Virus record (IMG/VR): IMGVR_UViG_3300024255_001563
Coordinates: 1-64,000 of that record
Reading direction: 5' to 3' (one strand)
DNA: 64,000 bases
Source of the DNA: a virus
Taxonomy: Duplodnaviria; Caudoviricetes
The notes beneath the pieces were generated by a model. It ran no database searches. It saw only the letters and a list, made by a program, of their open reading frames with translations, and was not told where the DNA came from. The translations under genes and the position numbers were made by a program. Every line of letters begins with the position of its first letter. Position 1 is the stretch's first letter. This document shows positions 46,071 to 55,070 of this stretch, in pieces.

Positions 46071-46695
46071 AAATATAGGATATATGTTACACAAACTACA
46101 AGATAGTGAGCTGTCTCATATATCTCAACGAATTAAAGATATACAAGATAATTTTGATACTTCTACTCCGGTAAATTATCAACTTATAGGACAAATTGAA
46201 AGAGAATTTGATCTAGCAGATGATAAAAAGTGTCAAGAAGAAATGTATAAAATTTTAATGCCGCTTGTAGAAGAATATGAAAATCATTTTACTTATTTAA
46301 AAAATAGATCAAGATTATTAGTTGATAAAAGTCCTGCACTTACTTTAGAAAGTTTGTGGGTAAATTATCAAAAAAAATATGAATTTAATCCTACACATAA
46401 TCACAACGGCGTATATTCATTTGTTATATGGCACAAAATACCATATAGTATAGAAGACGAAAAACAAAATAGTCCAGGTAAAAAAGCAAATAATGCATTA
46501 GCTGGACACTTTGAATTTCAATTTACTAATAGTTTAGGAAATATATTGCAGGAATCATTGCCTGTAGACAAAGAATGGAATAATACTATCTGTCTTTTCC
46601 CTGCTGAAATGATACATAATGTGTATCCATTTTTTACATCAGACGATTATAGAATTACAATTTCAGGAAATATAAGTTTGGAGATACACAAGTGA
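46051..46695 (+). CDS. 2OG-Fe(II) oxygenase (HxH type)
   Basis: LWVNYQKKYEFNPTHNH.G.YSFV, LFPAEMIH.VYPF, RITISGN. Confidence 0.82.
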   Translation: MEPKQFRNIGYMLHKLQDSELSHISQRIKDIQDNFDTSTPVNYQLIGQIEREFDLADDKKCQEEMYKILMPLVEEYENHFTYLKNRSRLLVDKSPALTLESLWVNYQKKYEFNPTHNHNGVYSFVIWHKIPYSIEDEKQNSPGKKANNALAGHFEFQFTNSLGNILQESLPVDKEWNNTICLFPAEMIHNVYPFFTSDDYRITISGNISLEIHK

Positions 46696-47054
46696 GTGAT
46701 AATGTAGAAAAACATTCTTGGGGATTTGAAGCAGTATGGGCAAAAGCTGACGGCTATGGTGCTAAACATATGATGTTCCTACAAGCAGGAAGTAAAACCG
46801 ATATATTTTTTCAAAAAAAGACACATAAAACTTGGTTTGTTGCATCAGGAAATTTTTCTATAAAATGGATAGATACAAGTAATGGTAAAGTATTTGAATC
46901 GAAACTAGAAGAAGGATCTGTGTTTGAAGTTGAAACTTTAAAGCCAGTATGTTTAGAAGCACTTACAGATAATAGTTCAATTACCGAAGTTAATAACGGT
47001 ATATACGATAATGATAAATTTATTGTTTACCCTAGTAATAATGTAGGAATATAG
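46692..47054 (+). CDS. Cupin-fold protein lacking the metal-binding His residues
   Basis: VEKHSWG.E..W, K.HKTWFV.SG resemble the other cupins, but the HxH is absent. Confidence 0.55.
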   Translation: MSDNVEKHSWGFEAVWAKADGYGAKHMMFLQAGSKTDIFFQKKTHKTWFVASGNFSIKWIDTSNGKVFESKLEEGSVFEVETLKPVCLEALTDNSSITEVNNGIYDNDKFIVYPSNNVGI

Positions 47055-47315
47055 ATGTTACCTAAACTATCAGAATCACAATTCTTTAAAGACGAACTAA
47101 AATTGTTTGAAATTCATATGCAAGATCTATCAAACGACAAAAAAATCGAAGCACAAAAAAAGATTGCAAGTCTTTTAGAACTAGTAGAATATGTAGACAC
47201 AGGTCATACACAAAAAATTGGATCTAGAATAACTCCGTCATTAATGGATAATACTAGATCGCAAATTGTAGATCTTAGAAAACAAATAGCAAAAATTTGT
47301 AATATTAAGATATAG
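47055..47315 (+). CDS. Hypothetical helical protein
   Basis: 86-aa ORF directly after the cupin. Confidence 0.6.
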   Translation: MLPKLSESQFFKDELKLFEIHMQDLSNDKKIEAQKKIASLLELVEYVDTGHTQKIGSRITPSLMDNTRSQIVDLRKQIAKICNIKI

Positions 47316-50300
47316 TTATTGCGCCAAACATATTATTGTGGAATTCACATTGATAATAATATGTTCCTGTAGTTGTTGGTGTCCAGTATACTGATCCTAA
47401 AGTTGCACCTTGATTAGTTACACCTATGGCTTGATCGCCTGTACCTGTACCTTGAACAGTCTTGAGGTAGAAAGGATGTCCTGGTGCATTTACAGAGAAT
47501 TCAACGTAATCACCAACATTAAATGCTAGTGCAGGATCATTTCCGTTCACACTACCGTTTCTGTCACTACCGCTTAGAGTATAGTTTTGTGTATTATTAG
47601 CACTTACACTGATAACATAATCAGGTGCAACACTTGTATCTAGAATTGTTACATCTTCTGTTAAACTGCCAGTACTATTACCTAAACTATCTGTTGATGC
47701 AAGTGTAACAGTCATTGTTTCTGCACCTTCAGTTAATGAATCGTTTTCTAATGTAATAGTAAATGTGCCTGTGCCACTATTAATGTTAATTACACCGCCT
47801 AGTGTCGCCGCTGTAATATCATCTACGGTTACACCAGAGATAGAATACCCAACAGTTGTGCCGTCATCTACTCCGCTTGTAGATAGTGTATATGTAACAG
47901 TTGTTCCTTCTCCTACTTCGGTTGCATCAGCAGTTAATGAATCATATGTTATAGGAATCGATGTGTCTGCAATAACAATGTCAATACTATCTCGACCATT
48001 ATCTAATGATAGTGTCATAGTTTCTGGACCTTCTGTAGTAACATCGTTTGCAATGACAAATGCTATTGTATCTGTATTACTATTAACTGTAAAGTTGCCA
48101 GTAATACTACCACTACTCAAGTCACTTGCATCGATACCTGTTATTGTATATGCAATAGATGTGCCATTAGCTAGACTTGTAGTATCAAGTGTAATATTTA
48201 CTGTATCGCCTTCATCGACGGACACACTATTTGCACTTAGTTCATATGTTGGACCTAGACTTGTATCTAAAATTGTAATACTAATGTCATCTTCACTATT
48301 ATCTAGTGCTAGATTCATAACTTCAGATCCTTCTGTAGTAATATCTTGATCAAATGTGAAACTCAATGATGCAAAATTACTGCTAACAGTAAAGTTACCT
48401 GTTATAGATCCGCTTGATAAATCCGATGCATCTATACCTGTAATAGTATACGGAACAACCGTTCCGTTTGATACGTTTGTTGTGTTAAGTAAAATATTTA
48501 CACTATCGCCTTCATTAACAGTTGTTGAACCAGAGCTTAGTATATATGTAGGTGATCCTGTAATACTAGTATCATTAATTACAACACTTACATCTTCACC
48601 TAGTCCGTCTAATGTTAATGTTAATGATTCACTACCTTCTGTAGTAGCATCATCTGCAATATTTATTGCAAGTGTATCTGTATTTGAAGTTATAGTAAAC
48701 GATCCTGTTAGTGCTATATCTATATCAGATACATCAACACCTGTAATTGTGTATGGAATACTAGTAGCATCTGCTATATCTGTTGTTGTAAGAGTAATAA
48801 CAATCGAATCGCCTTCGTTTACATCTGGAACACTACTTGATAGACTATAGGTCGGCGGCGCTGTACTTGTATCTGCAATAACCACATTGTCTGATAAAGA
48901 AGTTGTTCCATTTCCGTTACTATCAGTTGCGTCTAATGTTATTATAAGAGTTTCAGCACCTTCTGTATCTAAGTCTTCTACAAGATCTATGCTTAATGTT
49001 GATGTATTACCTACAATTGTAAATATACCAGTTAAGCTTACTAAGTCTATATCATCTACCGATACCCCTGTAATTGTATATCCAACTGTTGTATCATCAG
49101 CAATTTGACTTGTATTAAGAGTAAACGTAATTGTATCGCCTTCATCTGCCGTTTCTACATCTGCTGCAAGACTTGTATATGTCGGAACAACAGGAGTTGT
49201 ACTAGTGTCTATAATAGTAACATCAACACTATCACCGCCATTGTTAAGTGCTAGTGTAATTGTTTCAGTGCCCTCTGTAGATAAGTCCTCTGCTAATGTA
49301 AAGCTAATATTAGAAGTATTATTTACAACTATAAAGCTTCCTGATATACTACCAGAAGTAAAATCATTAGCTGTTATTCCTGTACCTGTAATCGTATATT
49401 GAATTGGTGTTCCGTTTGGAATATTTGTAGTTGTTAGATCAACATTAAATGTTGCTCCTTCATTAACAGTTGTCGGAGAAGCTATAAGTGAATATGTAGG
49501 ATCTAGAGATGTATCATTAATAGTTATTGGATTTGATGTTACGCTAGTACCGTTTATGTTTAATGTTAATTCTTCAGCGCCTTCTGTAGTAGTATCTTCT
49601 GCAATTGCTAATTCAATAATTGATTTATTATTATATCCTGCATAAAAATTTCCATTTAAATCTACTGCGGTATCATTAACCTTTATAATAGAAAATATTG
49701 TATCAGGTCCTGAAGCAGACTCTTCCACTCCTAATCTATATGTATTTCCGTCTGTTGAAGTAAGTAATCCGTTTTCAGAAAAGGCAGAATCTGAATTATA
49801 ATCACCTACAATTGATGTATTCCAACGTAATCGATATCTATATCGTTGCCCGGGTGCAGAACTACCAGTTAATGTTCTAATTACTTCGTATGTATTACTA
49901 ACATACCTTTCTTGCCATTGATATAGATTACTAATATCTGAAGTTGTAATTCCCGAAAGTGTAAACGGAATGTCTGTTCCTTCGTCTATATTTACTGTTG
50001 TAAGAGTATATCTTACTGTGCCGCCTTCATCGATGCTAGTAACATTTTGAGATAGATAATATAGCGGAATAGTAGTAGAAAGCGATACAGTACCAGATAA
50101 CGATAAGGGTTGTTTTCCGTATTTCGAAAACATCATTCTATTAGGACTGCCCATTAATGATGTTTCGTATGCTGTATAATCTGAATCTAATCCTGTAGAA
50201 TATAATACATCTTTACTTTCAGCTACTAATTTGTTTTTTATTTGTAACGGAGTTGCATTAGGATCTACTTGTAAATGAAGTGCAATTAACCCAGCAACTT

Positions 50301-51642
50301 GAGGAGCTGCCATGCTTGTGCCGCCGATGTTTGCAATTTTATAACCCGGAGTAAAATAATCTCCTGCACTTGAACCAAATACATTAGTATCACTACAAGC
50401 ACTTATTATATCAGTTCCTGGGGCCCAGAAATTTGTACCAGGCCCTTTATTACTACTGCCTGCTGTTTTATCTCTAAATACTACACCATCTTGTTGTGTA
50501 GTACTATCTACATTACCTACAATAAATGCTTCTTCGCTATATGGACTAGATCCTTGATGATATTGAGTATTAAGTCCACTAAAAGTCACTTCGTTGTTGT
50601 AATCAAGGCCTGTAGGCACATCTATTTTATAATATTGATTTCCCGATGCAATACAAACATGTATTCCTGCATCAATCATGTCTTCAACCTCTGCATCAAT
50701 TTGCGCTAGTCTTACTGGAATTCTTCTACTTGTACCGCTGGGGCCAGTTAGTTGAGGAACTATACCATACGTTTGCCATAACTGATTTTGTGTTTCACCA
50801 AGATAAGACCATGGTGTTCCTCGATATGTCCCTCCAGTCGGGTCAGTAGTAGTAATTGTTCTACCGTATCCCCAACTCATATTTACTACTGTAGGACGTC
50901 CGTTAGTTTTTGCTAAATGCCATAATCGAATCACATCAAAGCAGTCAGTTGTGCTTATGCCTCCATTTGGATCCGAAGGCCCTTCTAATCCCGAAACTTT
51001 TACTGCATATATGTTTGCATTTTTAGCCCAGCCATATGTTTTACCTGCTGTAATTCCTGCGCAATGTGTTCCGTGGCCGTGATAATCAATATAATGTCCT
51101 GCAGGCATTGTGCCAGGTAATCCACTTTCGCTATACCAATCAATTTCTATAAATCTACTAGCACCTTGCATGTTTTGCCATTCTGGATGATCGGCACTAG
51201 TACCTGTATCTTGTATTACTACATCAACATCAGTTCCGTCTAGCCCATAAGGATAAAATCCATCCGGTGCAGTAGTTCCAGCAGAATACGAATTTGTATC
51301 ATCAATACACCTTCTAAGACCCCAGTTTGCTTTTGTATTATCTACTGCTGAAGTTTTATCAAAGTTAAATCCTTGTGTAAGATGAAGCATTTTATCTATA
51401 CCGTCTTGTTGATCTATAGGTACTTCCACTGCTTCTACTCTTGGATCATTTTTTAATCTTTCGGCTTCTTCGTCACTTAATAGCCAGTTAGTCATTCTCT
51501 TAGAGCCTGGTCTAGAATTCACAACGTCTACTGATCTTTCAGGTATAAATTCGCTTCCGGTTGAGCTAGATAATTCTGTATCTAATTCTTCTAAATTATT
51601 ATTTCTTTTTACAACTACTACATATTCTTTTTCGGTGCTCAT
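47305..51642 (-). CDS. Subtilisin (S8) protease with seven Ig/Calx-beta-like repeats and a C-terminal cupredoxin-like domain
   Basis: Catalytic triad IQDTG / HGTHCAG / GGTSMAAP; N-terminal prodomain; about 100-aa repeats; ends H-P-F-Y...YYYQCEFHNNM. Confidence 0.9.
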   Translation of the reverse strand: MSTEKEYVVVVKRNNNLEELDTELSSSTGSEFIPERSVDVVNSRPGSKRMTNWLLSDEEAERLKNDPRVEAVEVPIDQQDGIDKMLHLTQGFNFDKTSAVDNTKANWGLRRCIDDTNSYSAGTTAPDGFYPYGLDGTDVDVVIQDTGTSADHPEWQNMQGASRFIEIDWYSESGLPGTMPAGHYIDYHGHGTHCAGITAGKTYGWAKNANIYAVKVSGLEGPSDPNGGISTTDCFDVIRLWHLAKTNGRPTVVNMSWGYGRTITTTDPTGGTYRGTPWSYLGETQNQLWQTYGIVPQLTGPSGTSRRIPVRLAQIDAEVEDMIDAGIHVCIASGNQYYKIDVPTGLDYNNEVTFSGLNTQYHQGSSPYSEEAFIVGNVDSTTQQDGVVFRDKTAGSSNKGPGTNFWAPGTDIISACSDTNVFGSSAGDYFTPGYKIANIGGTSMAAPQVAGLIALHLQVDPNATPLQIKNKLVAESKDVLYSTGLDSDYTAYETSLMGSPNRMMFSKYGKQPLSLSGTVSLSTTIPLYYLSQNVTSIDEGGTVRYTLTTVNIDEGTDIPFTLSGITTSDISNLYQWQERYVSNTYEVIRTLTGSSAPGQRYRYRLRWNTSIVGDYNSDSAFSENGLLTSTDGNTYRLGVEESASGPDTIFSIIKVNDTAVDLNGNFYAGYNNKSIIELAIAEDTTTEGAEELTLNINGTSVTSNPITINDTSLDPTYSLIASPTTVNEGATFNVDLTTTNIPNGTPIQYTITGTGITANDFTSGSISGSFIVVNNTSNISFTLAEDLSTEGTETITLALNNGGDSVDVTIIDTSTTPVVPTYTSLAADVETADEGDTITFTLNTSQIADDTTVGYTITGVSVDDIDLVSLTGIFTIVGNTSTLSIDLVEDLDTEGAETLIITLDATDSNGNGTTSLSDNVVIADTSTAPPTYSLSSSVPDVNEGDSIVITLTTTDIADATSIPYTITGVDVSDIDIALTGSFTITSNTDTLAINIADDATTEGSESLTLTLDGLGEDVSVVINDTSITGSPTYILSSGSTTVNEGDSVNILLNTTNVSNGTVVPYTITGIDASDLSSGSITGNFTVSSNFASLSFTFDQDITTEGSEVMNLALDNSEDDISITILDTSLGPTYELSANSVSVDEGDTVNITLDTTSLANGTSIAYTITGIDASDLSSGSITGNFTVNSNTDTIAFVIANDVTTEGPETMTLSLDNGRDSIDIVIADTSIPITYDSLTADATEVGEGTTVTYTLSTSGVDDGTTVGYSISGVTVDDITAATLGGVININSGTGTFTITLENDSLTEGAETMTVTLASTDSLGNSTGSLTEDVTILDTSVAPDYVISVSANNTQNYTLSGSDRNGSVNGNDPALAFNVGDYVEFSVNAPGHPFYLKTVQGTGTGDQAIGVTNQGATLGSVYWTPTTTGTYYYQCEFHNNMFGAITIS
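47635..50065 (-). repeat. Seven tandem ~100-aa repeats (V.EG.T....L.T......T...YTITG....D......G.F..........D..TEG.E)
   Basis: Repeats read directly in the translation; the first is interrupted by an insertion. Confidence 0.85.
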
Positions 51643-52823
51643 GTTATGCTTCCTGTATCTAATTCGACCCAGCTTCCGTTTTGATATGCTTCTATTTTAT
51701 TAGAAGTTGTATTATATATCATATCTCCATTTACTGAAATTAAACCATCTCTATCTGTATCACTAAAACTAGGCAATCTTAAAGGGCCGCCTGTAATAGA
51801 TACACCGTCGCCTGTACTTATTGTTAATCTTGCTGCTGTTTCTAATTCAGCATTTCCTATTCCTGTATTTTTTAATGAGCTTGTTTCTATTGTATTTGCA
51901 ATAAGATCTCCGAGTATTAAATCTGACCCGGATTGTATGCTAGGAGGATCTACAAAGGTTACTACTCCGCTACCGTTGGTTTGTAAAAATTGTCCAGTAT
52001 CACCGTCTGTTATTCCTAAATCAAAAAATTCAGTTGGCTTTGGTCTTACAAACGATCCGCTTGACTCTACATAAACATATAACAATTCGTCATCGCTATC
52101 AAACCATAAAGTGCCATTTGTAGCTTCAGATGGTTGAGACGGACTAACTGTAATATTTGCGCCGCTATCATCGTCGCCACCGCTGCCTGTTCCTGGCATA
52201 CTCACAGTTATAGTATTTCCCATAAGTGTATGATTTTGACACCAATAATAAAGTGTTTCAGGAGTTGAGGTTGTTACTGTAATTTGTACTTGTCTTGTTT
52301 TAGATCTTTGAAAATCTCTCCAATATTCTGCTTGTGTTACTTCTTCACCGTTTAGAATATATATTACATTTTCTAAATACGATGTGCCACCGCCGAGTTC
52401 ACCACTGGCGTTGTCTGAACTAAAATTTAACGGGTGTTGATTATTTGCGCCGCCTTCAGCATTTGGAAAATATACATTTGTTTGATCTGTTTGATCAAAA
52501 ACATAAGTGTAACCTACTACCATTGATATTGCTGGTTTATACTCTCCGTTTAGCACATACTTGTTACCGGAATCACCACCTTGTGGACCTGTAATAGTTA
52601 CATTATACTTTACAGTTGCTATCTCTTTTGCAGCAATATTTCTAGGTAACGCTTCGTCAGTGAGTACTTCAAATCCGCCTCGGTTTATAGTTCTGCCACT
52701 ATAAACTCTTAAAGTATTTGTTTCTTTACTAAAAAATACCTCACCGCTAGAACCTGTAGCTCTATCTAAAAATTCTTTTGCTCTAGGAATTATCCTTATA
52801 CGATCAACAATAGGTGATGCCAT
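51639..52823 (-). CDS. Virion/tail-associated protein with a cupredoxin-like domain and fibre modules
   Basis: HPLNFS...LYYWCQNHTLMG; G.LWFDS...LYVY module; C-terminal GDMIYNTT..KIEAY..GSW; ATAAATA at 52847-52853. Confidence 0.7.
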   Translation of the reverse strand: MASPIVDRIRIIPRAKEFLDRATGSSGEVFFSKETNTLRVYSGRTINRGGFEVLTDEALPRNIAAKEIATVKYNVTITGPQGGDSGNKYVLNGEYKPAISMVVGYTYVFDQTDQTNVYFPNAEGGANNQHPLNFSSDNASGELGGGTSYLENVIYILNGEEVTQAEYWRDFQRSKTRQVQITVTTSTPETLYYWCQNHTLMGNTITVSMPGTGSGGDDDSGANITVSPSQPSEATNGTLWFDSDDELLYVYVESSGSFVRPKPTEFFDLGITDGDTGQFLQTNGSGVVTFVDPPSIQSGSDLILGDLIANTIETSSLKNTGIGNAELETAARLTISTGDGVSITGGPLRLPSFSDTDRDGLISVNGDMIYNTTSNKIEAYQNGSWVELDTGSIT

Positions 52824-52860
52824 CTATATTCTCCATTCGATACTATTATTTATCGTATAT

Positions 52861-54390
52861 TTAATCTAGTTGTCCTGTATATTCCCATAATATATTTTCT
52901 TGTTTAATAGTTTCTGTAAACTGATCAAATCTATAATTAGCACGATATATTCTTTCTACTCTATCATGTAATTCTTTAAGTTCTTGCTGTGCTTGATTTA
53001 TACTAAAATCGTTTAGATATTTCGAACAAACTTCAGGTGAAAGTTGACCAGTTTGTATTAATATATAGCTCCACAATTGCCATCCTGCTGCTCCAGGATA
53101 TGACGGAAAATCATAAAGTGTTGGCATTTTAGTTTTACACATTTCTCGAATCATTTTTGAAAATTCTGTTTCAATTGCACCGCTTGTAATGTATTTCCAA
53201 AATTCACTATCTGTACGCCCGCCCATATAATGCGCTACAAGAAAATCTTTAAAATCGTCAAACATTTTGTTTACTCTTTTATTGTATGCTTTAATACATG
53301 CAGGATTTAAAGTTGTTTCTAAATCATCTTTTAAGTATTCAAATGCAAAGTATTTAAGTTGTACAATTGCACCATGAATTGAAGTTGCTTCTAAAGGTTC
53401 TGCAAAAGTACTACTAAGCCCAATGGTTAAACAATTCTTAACCCATGTATTTTCTAGTCTTCCAGTATCAAAAGTAAATGGATCTCTTAATGGTTCAATT
53501 TTTCTACCAAGAGTTTTCTCAATTTCATTTAACGCTTCGTCGTCACTTATAAAATCACTACAATATGTATAGCCGCAGCCTTTCCTTGTTTGTATAGAAG
53601 CTTGCCACATCCAGCCAGCTGATAGCGCCTGAGCTTCTGTATAAGGATCTGGTTTTGTAGTGTCGTCGTACTGTAAGAAGAAAGGTATAGCTCTGTCAAC
53701 AGGTAAATTTTCTTTATAACAAATCCACTTTGTTCCTAATTTATTAGCTAGTATTCGTCTAAATCCTGAACAATCTATATAAAAATCAGAGTCTATAATT
53801 GTCTCATTATCTAATATCAGCTTGTCTATTCTTCCCTTTTCGTCTTGTGTTACTTCATTTATTATTGCATCAATTAATTCAACATTTTCGTAACGTGTGC
53901 AAACTTTTTGTAAGTAATCAGCTACTAGTCTTGCATCAAAATGCCATGCATGTGTCTGTTCTTCGTAAGTTCCTGTTCTTTTAAGTATAGGTGATGTTCT
54001 AGCTTCCATCAAACACCCAAAATATGTACCTCTATGTAAATTTTGTTTATCGTTTACTGCTAAGAATGAAGTTACACTATCAAGTAAATTCAAAGCAGTT
54101 GGAGTTCCGTCTATCGGCGCAAAGTAATTATAATCCTTTACCCAATCTTTATGCAATATGCCATACTTAGGCATTGCGGCTGTCTTTCTTATAAAATCTA
54201 ATGGATCAATACCAAAGTCACCGTAAGTTCCTAATATAAAATCCATTAGTTCTCCAGTTACTCCTTCACCGGCTCCGAGTATTCCGATTTTACTTGACGC
54301 AACTATTTTAATTTTTGCATTTGAATTATGTGCTAAAAATAAAGCCGATATCCATCCTGCTGTTCCACCGCCGACTACTGTAATTTCCAT
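52861..54390 (-). CDS. Flavin-dependent (tryptophan-halogenase-like) enzyme 1
   Basis: VVGGGTAGW, GAGEG, PKYGI (catalytic Lys position), HFDA, IDCSGF, WMWQAS, FAEPLEATSI. Confidence 0.88.
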   Translation of the reverse strand: MEITVVGGGTAGWISALFLAHNSNAKIKIVASSKIGILGAGEGVTGELMDFILGTYGDFGIDPLDFIRKTAAMPKYGILHKDWVKDYNYFAPIDGTPTALNLLDSVTSFLAVNDKQNLHRGTYFGCLMEARTSPILKRTGTYEEQTHAWHFDARLVADYLQKVCTRYENVELIDAIINEVTQDEKGRIDKLILDNETIIDSDFYIDCSGFRRILANKLGTKWICYKENLPVDRAIPFFLQYDDTTKPDPYTEAQALSAGWMWQASIQTRKGCGYTYCSDFISDDEALNEIEKTLGRKIEPLRDPFTFDTGRLENTWVKNCLTIGLSSTFAEPLEATSIHGAIVQLKYFAFEYLKDDLETTLNPACIKAYNKRVNKMFDDFKDFLVAHYMGGRTDSEFWKYITSGAIETEFSKMIREMCKTKMPTLYDFPSYPGAAGWQLWSYILIQTGQLSPEVCSKYLNDFSINQAQQELKELHDRVERIYRANYRFDQFTETIKQENILWEYTGQLD

Positions 54391-54403
54391 AAATTATCCT
54401 TTA

Positions 54404-54453
54404 TATAAATATGTATCTAAAAAATTAACTGGGTACTTTATTTATGGTAAATA
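54404..54453. promoter_or_regulatory. Late-type promoters driving the halogenase/oxygenase island in both directions
   Basis: TATAAATA on + (54404-54411), ATAAATA on - (54439-54445), GTAAATA on + (54447-54453). Confidence 0.6.
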
Positions 54454-54470
54454 CTCTGCAAGGAGTTCAT

Positions 54471-55070
54471 ATGGAATTAAATTTTGAATATCTTTTTTCA
54501 ACATATCTATCTACTTTAAAAAATCTTAATATCGACAATGATTCTTTAGAAGAGTATGCATACTTGCAAAGAGAAAAAGATAACGGTGTAGAAAAAAGTA
54601 ATTGGAAGGGCTGGCAAAGCGATACTTTAGAAGAACAAAATTCTGAAGTTGAAAAGCTATGTTCTATAATAGAAGACGCATGTAATGAATTAAAAAATAA
54701 CTTAGGATTTAAAAAACACTTAATTCCAAAAATAAACAATATATGGCTCAATATTAATTCTAACGGATCTTTTAATCGTCCACATTTACATCCTGGTAGT
54801 ATATTTTCTGGAACGTATTATATAAAAAAATCAGCAGAGGATGGAAATATAGTATTTACTACACCTTGTGTACAGCAACAATATCATATAGAAAAAGAGT
54901 TAATAGACCAATTTAATCCTACAACATCAAGTGTATATAGTATTCCCACAGACCCGGGTACAATGATACTATTTCCGTCATGGGCAGAGCATTTTGTTGA
55001 ACCCAACAACACAGATGTAGATAGAATTTCTATTGCGTTTAACGTAGCATTATTAGAGGATAACACATGA
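54471..55070 (+). CDS. 2OG-Fe(II) oxygenase (TIGR02466-like, HxH)
   Basis: IWLNIN..G.FNRPHLHPGSIFSGTYY, ILFPSWAEHFV, RISIAFN; start MELNF at 54471. Confidence 0.88.
   Translation: MELNFEYLFSTYLSTLKNLNIDNDSLEEYAYLQREKDNGVEKSNWKGWQSDTLEEQNSEVEKLCSIIEDACNELKNNLGFKKHLIPKINNIWLNINSNGSFNRPHLHPGSIFSGTYYIKKSAEDGNIVFTTPCVQQQYHIEKELIDQFNPTTSSVYSIPTDPGTMILFPSWAEHFVEPNNTDVDRISIAFNVALLEDNT

Noticed and set aside
46670-46695. Possible second insertion scar (old NUDIX 3' end) after the oxygenase 46051..46695
   Set aside because: The similarity was only a few bases, unlike the clear remnant at 12592-12675.
47765-49402. Several long + strand ORFs (194, 164, 73 and 65 aa) that look repetitive
   Set aside because: They are antisense shadows of the Thr/Asp-rich repeats of the - strand protease-adhesin, with Val/Ser/Ile-biased translations and no RBS.
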